DNA of 39,263 nucleotides from Candidatus Limnocylindria bacterium (GTDB taxonomy: Bacteria > Chloroflexota > Limnocylindria > Limnocylindrales > CSP1-4), in contig JBGPFS010000002.1 of assembly GCA_041483455.1 (NCBI GenBank), forward strand, positions 1 to 39,263, in the 5' to 3' direction. Under the pieces are notes generated by a model. The model had not been told where the DNA came from. It made no database searches and worked only from the letters and a program-made list of their open reading frames with translations. The position numbers and the translations under genes were made by a program. Positions 25,563 to 36,246 of the stretch are shown here, piece after piece (position 1 is the first letter of the stretch; every line of letters begins with the position of its first letter).

Positions 25563-27092
25563 ATGACCGAGCCACCGACCGCCGCGCCCACCCCCGCCGT
25601 CGACGCCCCGACATTCCAGCTGTTCATCGGCGGCGAGTGGATCGACGCCGGCACCGGGCGGACCTTCGAGAGCCGCAACCCGGCCGACACGCGCGACCTC
25701 GTCGGTCGGTTCCAGTCCGGCGACGCGGCCGACGCGGCCCGGGCGATCCGGGCGGCCGAGCTGGCCGGCCCGGCCTGGCGCCGGACGCCGGCGCCGAAGC
25801 GGGGCGAGATCCTCTACCGCTTCGGCGCCCTGATGGCCGAGCACAAGGAGCGCCTCGCCCGGGCGATGACCCGGGAGATGGGCAAGGTCCTGGCCGAGGC
25901 CCGCGGCGACGTCCAGGAAGGGATCGACATCGCCTTCCTGATGGCGGGCGAGGGGCGCCGGCTCTTCGGCGACACGACGCCGTCGGAGCTGCCGGACAAG
26001 TGGGCGATGAGCATCCGCCAGCCGATCGGCGTCGCCGGGATCGTCACGCCCTGGAACTTCCCGATCGCGATCCCGTGCTGGAAGATGATGCCGGCCCTCG
26101 TGACCGGCAACACCGTGGTCCTCAAGCCCTCGAGCGACACGCCGCATTGCGCGACGCTCCTCGTCGAGCTGCTGGCCGAGGCGGGCTTCCCGCCCGGCAC
26201 GGTCAACCTCGTCACCGGCTCCGGTTCGGAAGTCGGGGATGCGATCGTCGAGAGCCCGGACGTCCCGGTCATCAGCTTCACGGGCTCCACGGCCACCGGG
26301 AAGCGGATCGCCGAGCTGGCCAGCCGGCGCCTGAAGCGGCTCAGCCTCGAGCTCGGCGGCAAGAACGGGATCGTCGTCCTCGCCGACGCGGATCTCGACC
26401 TGGCGGCCGACGGGATCCTGTGGAGCGCGTTCGGGACGACCGGCCAGCGTTGCACGGCCTGCTCGCGGGTCATCGTCGATCGGAACATCGTCGACCCGCT
26501 CATCCAGCGTCTCGAGGCTCGGGCGGCGGCGCTTCGACTCGGCTCCGGCCTCGAGCCGTCGACCGACGTCGGACCGCTCGTGAACGCCGGCGCGGCCGAC
26601 AAGGTGGCCTCGTACGTGGAGATCGGCCGTCGCGAGGGTGAGCTGGTGACCGGCGGGCGTCGGGCCGCTGGACCGGGCCTGGAGCACGGCCACTTCTTCG
26701 AGCCGACGATCTTCGCCGGGGTCCGCCCGATGGACCGGATCGCCCAGGAGGAGATCTTCGGACCGGTCCTCTCGGTCATCCCGGTCGACGGGTACGACGA
26801 GGCGGTCAGGGCGCTCAACCAGACCCGCTACGGCCTCTCGTCGTCGGTCTACACCCGCGACGTCAACGCCGCCTTCCGGGCGATGCGCGACTTCGAGTCC
26901 GGGATCGTGTACGTCAACGCCGGCACGATCGGTGCGGAGACCCATCTCCCGTTCGGCGGCATCAAGGAGACCGGCAACGGCCATCGCGAGGCCGGCCACG
27001 CCGCGCTCGACACGTACACCGAGTGGAAGTCGATCTATATCGACTTCTCGGGCCGCCTCCAGAAGGCGCAGATCGACAACCAGCCGGGCTGA
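25563..27092 (+). CDS. NAD(P)-dependent aldehyde dehydrogenase
   Basis: Track ORF 24681..27092 trimmed to ATG 25563, with GAGGAG about 10 nt upstream. Motifs are VTPWNFP, SLELGGKN, GQRCTACSR (catalytic Cys) and EEIFGPV. Confidence 0.9.
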   Translation: MTEPPTAAPTPAVDAPTFQLFIGGEWIDAGTGRTFESRNPADTRDLVGRFQSGDAADAARAIRAAELAGPAWRRTPAPKRGEILYRFGALMAEHKERLARAMTREMGKVLAEARGDVQEGIDIAFLMAGEGRRLFGDTTPSELPDKWAMSIRQPIGVAGIVTPWNFPIAIPCWKMMPALVTGNTVVLKPSSDTPHCATLLVELLAEAGFPPGTVNLVTGSGSEVGDAIVESPDVPVISFTGSTATGKRIAELASRRLKRLSLELGGKNGIVVLADADLDLAADGILWSAFGTTGQRCTACSRVIVDRNIVDPLIQRLEARAAALRLGSGLEPSTDVGPLVNAGAADKVASYVEIGRREGELVTGGRRAAGPGLEHGHFFEPTIFAGVRPMDRIAQEEIFGPVLSVIPVDGYDEAVRALNQTRYGLSSSVYTRDVNAAFRAMRDFESGIVYVNAGTIGAETHLPFGGIKETGNGHREAGHAALDTYTEWKSIYIDFSGRLQKAQIDNQPG

Positions 27093-27185
27093 GCCGACCA
27101 CCGTTAGGCTCAGCGGCGGTCCTAGAACCGTGTTGCGGATCGATCCCAAGGGGGCCCGCCGTCGTCGCCCGAGCGCCCGATGCGC

Positions 27186-27191
27186 TACCAT
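27186..27191 (+). promoter_or_regulatory. Candidate -10 (TACCAT) placed 7 nt before the mature 5' end of tRNA-Lys
   Basis: The sequence reads TACCAT-cccccgc-GGGCCGG(tRNA). This is the same geometry as the leaderless protein-gene promoters. Confidence 0.4.
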
Positions 27192-27198
27192 CCCCCGC

Positions 27199-27273
27199 GG
27201 GCCGGTAGCTCAACGGCAGAGCAGCTGACTCTTAATCAGCTGGTTGAGAGTTCGAATCTCTCCCGGCTCACCA
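27199..27273 (+). tRNA. tRNA-Lys (anticodon CUU), CCA end encoded
   Basis: Manual cloverleaf: acceptor GGGCCGG/CCGGCTC (G2-U71 wobble), D arm GCTC/GAGC, anticodon arm GCTGA-CTCTTAA-TCAGC, variable loop TGGTT, T arm GAGAG-TTCGAAT-CTCTC, discriminator A, then CCA (27271-73). Confidence 0.93.
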
Positions 27274-27290
27274 CTCTGCCACGCACGATA

Positions 27291-27317
27291 CGACCCCCTC
27301 CACCACGGAGGGGGTCG
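27291..27317 (+). terminator. Strong hairpin downstream of tRNA-Lys
   Basis: CGACCCCCTCC-accac-GGAGGGGGTCG forms an 11-bp perfect stem, 18 nt after the tRNA. Confidence 0.6.
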
Positions 27318-27432
27318 GTCATTCCGGGGTCGTACCCCCTTACCCCCGAGCGCGTCGGAGGGATACCGCCTGCTGCGCTGCTTCGGTCGCATGCCATCGT
27401 CGAACGCTGCCGGACTCGGGCTCGCGCCGTGG

Positions 27433-27438
27433 TAGGGT
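27433..27438 (+). promoter_or_regulatory. Predicted -10 (TAGGGT) of a leaderless promoter for the second DinB-family gene
   Basis: The sequence reads TAGGGT-ccgcgg-ATG(27445), a 6-nt spacer. Confidence 0.55.
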
Positions 27439-27444
27439 CCGCGG

Positions 27445-27957
27445 ATGAGCAGACCGATCCTCGCCGACGCCTTCGGCCACCACGTCTGGGCGACCCTCCG
27501 CCTGATCGACGCCTGCCTGCCCCTCACGGACGAGCAGCTCGCCTCCCCGGTCCCGGGCACGTTCGGGTCCATCCTCGACACGGTTCGCCACCTCGTCGGC
27601 GGCGACTGCTCGTACCTCGAGCTTCTGTCAGGCGGCAAGGTGGCCAATATCGACGAAGAGGCGATGGACCTCCTGGCGCTCCGCGCGGCGCTGGCGGCGA
27701 ACGGCCCCGTCTGGGCCGAGGTGGTCGCCGGCGACCTCGATCCGGACCGAGTGATCATCCGCCGTCGCGACGACGGCTCGGAGAGCCACGCGCCGCTCGG
27801 CATCCGGCTCGCGCAGGTGATCCACCACGGGACCGACCACCGTAGCCAGGTCTGCACGGCGCTCACGAACCTCGGCGTCACGCCGCCCGAGATCGACGCC
27901 TGGGACTTCGCGTCGCAGGAAGGGCGCTTGATCGACGTGCCGGCGCCGGGCGCCTGA
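27445..27957 (+). CDS. DinB-family protein
   Basis: 170 aa. It shows the DinB-like His pattern in FGHHVWATLRLIDAC...DTVRHLVGGD...QVIHHGTDHRSQV. Confidence 0.8.
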   Translation: MSRPILADAFGHHVWATLRLIDACLPLTDEQLASPVPGTFGSILDTVRHLVGGDCSYLELLSGGKVANIDEEAMDLLALRAALAANGPVWAEVVAGDLDPDRVIIRRRDDGSESHAPLGIRLAQVIHHGTDHRSQVCTALTNLGVTPPEIDAWDFASQEGRLIDVPAPGA

Positions 27958-27994
27958 GCCGTCGCGGGCGTCGCCGGCCGCGGGGCGCTGTGCC

Positions 27995-28219
27995 GTGGAG
28001 GCCCTCCGCATCCTCCGGGACGCCGGCTACGCTCTGCCGCCATCGCAGGTCGAGGCGTGGGCGCGATCGCACGATCGGACGGCAGAAGGCGCGAAGGAGC
28101 TCGCGGGAGTCGTCGAGAGCGTCCGGGAGGGGCGACGGTTCAGCTTGGCCCGCGCCGGCGCCCTTACCTCGGACGTAGTCGAGCGGTGGCGAGCGAAAGC
28201 CCGCCCTCGCGAGCAGTAG
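27995..28219 (+). CDS. Small hypothetical protein (74 aa)
   Basis: GTG start 37 nt after the DinB stop. The composition is balanced and helical-looking (MEALRILRDAGYALPPSQVEAWARSH...), and GC3 is high. I recognise no homology, and there is no clear SD or -10. Confidence 0.4.
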   Translation: MEALRILRDAGYALPPSQVEAWARSHDRTAEGAKELAGVVESVREGRRFSLARAGALTSDVVERWRAKARPREQ

Positions 28220-28321
28220 AACGGATCGGCGCGACCCGGAGGGTCGGAGGCGGCCGTCAGTTCGGCCGGCCCCGTTCACGAATGAGCGCGGCGTCCTGCC
28301 GTCGCCGGCGGCTGCCTCTGC

Positions 28322-28327
28322 TAGGCT
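28322..28327 (+). promoter_or_regulatory. Candidate -10 (TAGGCT) for carAB, leadered transcript
   Basis: This is the only TAnnnT hexamer upstream of carA. The predicted start near 28334 would give a ~70-nt leader containing the twin hairpins. Confidence 0.4.
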
Positions 28328-28344
28328 GTGCGCGGTCCTTGCAG

Positions 28345-28384
28345 CCGGTCCCGTGAGACCGGCGTACCGGTCCCGTGAGGCCGG
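28345..28384 (+). promoter_or_regulatory. Twin 18-nt repeats/hairpins CCGGTC-CCGTGA-G(A/G)CCGG in the carA leader, just upstream of the SD
   Basis: Copies lie at 28345-62 and 28367-84, 22 nt apart. Each forms a 6-bp stem with the identical hexaloop CCGUGA. GGGAGG (28387-92) and GTG 28404 follow. Confidence 0.55.
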
Positions 28385-28403
28385 AAGGGAGGCTCGATCG
28401 AGC

Positions 28404-29584
28404 GTGTCCGCGCAGTCTCGCCGCGACCCCGACGTCCTCCTGACCCCACCGCTGCCGCTCTCGAGCGCGATCGTCGACCCGCGGGTCGGCGACCTGGGGC
28501 CCGCCCTGCTCGCCCTCGCCGACGGCACGGTCTTTCCGGGGATCGCCTTCGGGGCCCCGGCGGCGGCGGGCGGCGACCTCGTCGTCAATACGAGCCAGAC
28601 CGGCTACCAGGAGGTCTGCACGGATCCGTCCTACGCCGGTCAGGTCGTGGCGATGACCTACCCGCTCATCGGCAACTACGGGCGGCTCCGCGACGACGAC
28701 CAGTCCGAGCGGCCGTGGTTGCGAGCCCTGGTCGTCGCGAACGCCACCGCCGCGGTCGTCGAGAAGGCCGCCCAGCTCGCCGCGCTGCTCCGTGAGGCCG
28801 GGATCCCGGCGATCGCGGGGATCGACACCCGGGCGCTCGCCCGCCACCTCCGGATGCACGGCTCGATCCCGGGGATCGTCACCGAGCCCGGCGCCGTCGA
28901 CCCGACGGCCGCTGTGTCTGCCGCCCGGGCGTTGCCCGCCTGGGAGGACCAGGACTTCGTGGGCCTGGTCTCGCCCGAGGCGCCCCTCGGGGTGGGCGAC
29001 GCGGCGTCGGGCGGACCGCTGGTCGCGATCGTCGACTTCGGGCTCAAGGCGAACATCGTCCGCAGCCTTCGACGGCGCGGCGCGCGGGTCCGGATCCTGC
29101 CCCATACCGCCGGGGTGGGCGACGTCCTCGCAGCCGATGTCGACGGGATCGTGCTCTCGCCCGGGCCGGGGGACCCCGCCCGTCTCGACGGCCCCGTCGC
29201 CCTGGCCCGGGCTGTGATCGCGGACGGACGCCCGCTCCTCGGGATCTGCCTCGGCCACCAGATCGTGGGGCGGGCGGCCGGCGCCGAGACCCATCGCCTC
29301 CGGTTCGGTCATCACGGGGCGAACCACCCGGTCCAGGACGTCGACTCCGGCACCGTCCAGGTGACGGCCCAGAACCACGAGGTCCAGGTCGTCGGCGAGA
29401 CGCTTCCGGCCGAGAGCCGCTTCTACGTCAGCCAGCGCAACCTCAATGACGGGTCCGTCGAGGGGCTCCGCCACCGTGACCGCCCGATCGAGACGGTCCA
29501 GTACCACCCCGAGGGCGGGCCGGGCCCGCTCGACGCCCTGGCCGTCTTCGACCGCTTCGTCGCGGCAGCCATGGCGCACGCCGG

Positions 29585-29588
<4 letters not shown>
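28404..29588 (+). CDS. carA: Carbamoyl-phosphate synthase small (glutaminase) subunit
   Basis: Motifs are LLALADGTVFPGIAFGA, TGYQEVCTDPSYAGQ, GICLGHQ (catalytic Cys) and QYHPE. I set the start at GTG 28404, with GGGAGG 11 nt upstream. The track start 28353 lies inside hairpin 1. Confidence 0.9.
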
Positions 29589-33140
<3,552 letters not shown>

Positions 33141-33163
<23 letters not shown>

Positions 33164-34535
33164 CGATCGCCTGGCCGAGCGACCAGAGCGTCAGGGCGGT
33201 CAGCCCGACCATCTGGAGGGCCAGCGGCACCTGCCGCCCGCGGATCGCGGCGAGCGGTCGCCCGGCCAGGAGGCCATCCCGGATGGCGACCGCGTGGCCC
33301 GCCCAGGCGCCGACGAGGTGTCCCCCGACGACGGCCGTGAGCTGAAGCGCCCAGGCGACGCCGGCCGGCAGCCAGTCGGTCAGGGGCTCGAAGCGCGAAA
33401 GCCCCAGGAGATGAGCGCCCTGGCCCAGCGGATCGTCGAGCAGCAGGAGGATCCGCTGCCCGTCGAAGAGCAGGAAGGTCAGGTAGTGGGCGACCAGGTA
33501 GCCGAGGGCGATCGGGACGAGTCCGGCCCCGAGCGCCGCGACCCCCACGACCCGACTCACGACGATCGCCGACCCGGCCACCAGTCCGAGGAAGGCCGCC
33601 AGCAGGACGGTCATCTCGGCCACCCCGGGACGCCCGAACGCGTCGAAGAAGGCCTGCGTCTGCGAGAGCCCGTCGAACAGGATCCCGCCGGTCGCGACCG
33701 CGACCAGGACGAGCCCAGCCCGTGACCAGCCGGGCTCGGGCAGGCCCGACCCGAAACCCCGGACCCGAAGGCGACCCGCGTCCGCGGTCGTCGCGAGTGG
33801 CGCCAGGCGCCCGACGAGGGCGAACCAGACGCTGAACACGTCGGCGTTCCGGCGCCAGGCGTCGCGGCCGTACCAGGCCATCCCGAGCAGCGTCAGCGCG
33901 GTATAGCCGACCAGGACCAGGCCCAGCGTCCGTCCGCCGCGGGCGGCCGGGACGGCGAGCTCAAGCCAGACGACCACCGCGAAGCCGATCGCGGCGGGCC
34001 ACTGCCCCAGGCGAGCGGGATAGGGGACCGGCTCCGCCGTGCCGATGCGCAACCTCCGGAGGACGCCGGCCCCGAGCCGCTGGAGGGTCGAGAACGGGTC
34101 GAGCCAGGTCCATAGCGGGCCGATGGCCGCGGACAGGATGGGGATGGCCACCCAGCCATAGGTCCACAGGAAGAGCGACGCCGGATCGCCTTCGGTCTCC
34201 GAGCCCAGGAGCCCGACGACGAGCACGACCCACGCCCAGCCGATCAGGCCGATCGCGCCGAGTCCGAGCCGGACAGGGCGCCCGACGCCGAAGGTCCGTT
34301 CCGGCCTCGGGTCTCCGCCGGATCCCCCCGGCACCGCGGCGGCCGGGCCCGCGCGGAGCAGCAGGAACGCGAACGACAGGCCGACGGCCAGGGCGGCGCC
34401 GGTCAGGTAGGCCCCGAGGGGCAGGGGCGAGACGAAGCGCCCGCTCAGGCGGTGGGCCGAGACCGGCCCCGGTGCGGCCAGCGCGACGAGGGCCGCGACG
34501 CTCGGGAGGCAGCGTCGAACGAGGCGTCGGTCCAT
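33141..34535 (-). CDS. Large polytopic membrane protein with an N-terminal signal-like sequence, function unknown
   Basis: 464 aa with more than 10 hydrophobic helices. The N-terminus is MDRRLVRRCLPSVAALVALAAPGPVSA|H. TAGACT-N6-ATG supports the start at 34535. The 3' end overlaps the carB 3' end by 23 nt (convergent). Confidence 0.8.
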
Positions 34536-34870
34536 GGGCGGAGTCTACTGGCCGATCCGGCGGCTCGAGCCGCACGGCCTTCAGGGGTCCGCGGCGCCGT
34601 CGCGGCCGCGGCACTGCCGATCCAGGCGATCCGGACCGGCGACCGGTCGACCTCGTCGAGCGAGAAGCCGGCCAACGCGGCGCCCGCCCGGAGAAGCGCG
34701 TGGCCGACGCGGACCCGCACCGACCGCAGGCCTGCCGGATGGTCCGAGGCCCCGGCGCGACGGATCGATCGGGCGAGCCGCTCGCGCTCGGCGATCGCCC
34801 GATCCGCCTCCTGGCGGGCCGCCACGGCAGCGAAGCACATGTCGAGTGCGTCGACGTGCCGGATGTCCAT
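34445..34870 (-). CDS. Small hypothetical protein (up to 141 aa) with a helical N-terminus and one hydrophobic segment
   Basis: ATG 34870 has a strong SD (AGGAGGAAG, 3-6 nt upstream). The first ~95 codons have very high GC3 (MDIRHVDALDMCFAAVAARQEADRAIAERERLARSI...). The last ~45 codons are low-complexity and overlap the next gene by 91 nt. Confidence 0.55.
   Translation of the reverse strand: MDIRHVDALDMCFAAVAARQEADRAIAERERLARSIRRAGASDHPAGLRSVRVRVGHALLRAGAALAGFSLDEVDRSPVRIAWIGSAAAATAPRTPEGRAARAAGSASRLRPWTDASFDAASRASRPSSRWPHRGRSRPTA
34542..34547 (-). promoter_or_regulatory. Predicted -10 (TAGACT) of a leaderless promoter for the membrane protein gene, located inside the tail of the upstream small ORF
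   Basis: Minus strand reads TAGACT-ccgccc-ATG(34535), a 6-nt spacer. Confidence 0.5.
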
Positions 34871-34875
34871 CTCTT

Positions 34876-34900
34876 CCTCCTGTTAGCCTGTCGTCTAACT
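34876..34900 (-). promoter_or_regulatory. Operator-like motif copy B: AGTTAGACGACAGGCTAACAGGAGG (GTTAG-N8-CTAAC palindrome fused to the SD)
   Basis: It lies immediately upstream of ATG 34870, on the minus strand. 19 of 21 core positions match copy A at 36121-36141. Confidence 0.55.
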
Positions 34901-34964
34901 TGGTCGTAGTGTCGTCTTCGGCTGCATGTCAGGTGGGCCGTGCTCCCGCGCGCCCCCTGGGTGG

Positions 34965-36095
34965 TCAGCCCAGGTGCAGGAACGTCCGGAGGGCCCCGCC
35001 ACCGTCGTCGATGGCCTGCCGGCGGAGGCTGTAGTAGGTGAGTCCGCCCTCCGCGGTGACCGTCGCGAGGCCGGCCGACCGGAGCAGGGCGAGGTGGTGC
35101 TTGATGGTCGGCTTGCTCAACTCGAGCTGCTGGGCGATCTCGGTGAGGTACCAGTCGCGATCCGCGAGGAGGCGCAGGATCCGCAGGCGGGTCTCGTCCC
35201 CGAGGGCGCGATGGAGGCGGACGACGGCCTGTGGCGGTGCGTCCGGGTCGCCGCTGTCGAGCGCGTCGTCCCCGAGCGGGTACCCGAAGAAGCGCCAGTC
35301 CTCGCCGGCGAGCAGGAAGTTGTACGGCCGCGCGAAGTACGACGGTGCCAGGACCACCCGCTCGAGCCCGGGTTCGGCGAGGAACCGGACGCCGCCGGTC
35401 GTTCGTTCGATCAGCTCGGCGGCACCGAGGGTCGCCCGGTCGGTCGCGCGCAGCTCGACGTCCCGGCGAAGCATCCCCAGGACCCGGTCCTCGATGGTCC
35501 GGAAGGGCTCGAGCCAGGCCGCCAGCACGACGAGCGCGACGCTGATAAGGGCGGCGGGATCGCGCAGGAGGCGCCGGAACCGGTCGCATCGGTCCGCGTC
35601 GATGTGGTCGGCCAGGCTGGCGATCATCTCGTCGATGGCGGCGGTATCGCCCGCGATCACCCGCTCGGCGAGCGCCCGCCGGTCGGCATCCCGGAGGTCG
35701 TCGGCGATGAGGGCCCGCCGCACCGTCTGCGTGTCAAGGGTCCCGACGAGCGTGACGAGGTCGGCGGCGGTCCGGACCTCCGGCCGATCGACGGCCAGCC
35801 CGGCGAGCATCACGAAGAACTCGCTGCCGTAGTCCGCCAGGGCTGCGCGGACGGTCGAGTCGAGGCCGGACTTGGCACCGGCGAGCCACTCCCGGTCTGC
35901 CGCCGGGAGATCGTCCGTGGTGCCCGCCTCTTCGGAGAGGCTGAACACGAAGTCGTAGACCGTCCGAGCGTCGAACTCGATGGTCAGGCCGGCGCCCGGC
36001 CGGCTGAAGTCCCTGACGCGGGCCTTCCCGGCTGGCGCGGGGGGCGGACGACGGGCGGCTGAGCGATCGCGTGAGGCAGTGGCCGAGCGGACCAT
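34965..36095 (-). CDS. ArsR-family transcriptional regulator with a large (~280 aa) N-terminal domain (DUF5937-like architecture)
   Basis: 376 aa. The C-terminal wHTH is LGDETRLRILRLLADRDWYLTEIAQQLELSKPTIKHHLALLRSAGLA. The N-terminal domain has no motif I can assign. Confidence 0.85.
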   Translation of the reverse strand: MVRSATASRDRSAARRPPPAPAGKARVRDFSRPGAGLTIEFDARTVYDFVFSLSEEAGTTDDLPAADREWLAGAKSGLDSTVRAALADYGSEFFVMLAGLAVDRPEVRTAADLVTLVGTLDTQTVRRALIADDLRDADRRALAERVIAGDTAAIDEMIASLADHIDADRCDRFRRLLRDPAALISVALVVLAAWLEPFRTIEDRVLGMLRRDVELRATDRATLGAAELIERTTGGVRFLAEPGLERVVLAPSYFARPYNFLLAGEDWRFFGYPLGDDALDSGDPDAPPQAVVRLHRALGDETRLRILRLLADRDWYLTEIAQQLELSKPTIKHHLALLRSAGLATVTAEGGLTYYSLRRQAIDDGGGALRTFLHLG

Positions 36096-36102
36096 CGGGT
36101 AT

Positions 36103-36155
36103 CAACGACTCCTAACTAATGTTAGACGAAACGCTAACAGGGGAGGCAGTCGTTG
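36103..36155. promoter_or_regulatory. Composite operator-like region, copy A: CAACGACT...CTAAC-taat-GTTAG-acgaaacg-CTAACAGGGGAGG...AGTCGTTG
   Basis: It lies between the divergent regulator (start 36095, minus) and the M16 operon (start 36247, plus). It contains nested inverted repeats: an 8-bp outer pair (36103-10 / 36148-55) and GTTAG/CTAAC half-sites at 36112-16, 36121-25 and 36134-38. Confidence 0.55.
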
Positions 36156-36246
36156 TCAAGTCCTCGCCTGCGCTACCCTTGGGCTTCGGCCGGTCGTGGG
36201 CCGTCGACACACTCCGCCCCATTCCTATGCCCGGAGGCGCCTGCCC

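Noticed and set aside
27274-28352. A tRNA-Lys-adjacent genomic island or integrated element.
   Set aside because: There is no integrase or recombinase and no direct repeat of the tRNA 3' end downstream. The genes present (a DinB-family protein and a small hypothetical) have the same composition and promoter style as the rest of the window.
28353-28403. The track start (GTG 28353) for carA.
   Set aside because: This GTG lies in the loop of hairpin 1, has no SD, and adds 17 non-conserved residues. GTG 28404 has GGGAGG at a suitable distance.
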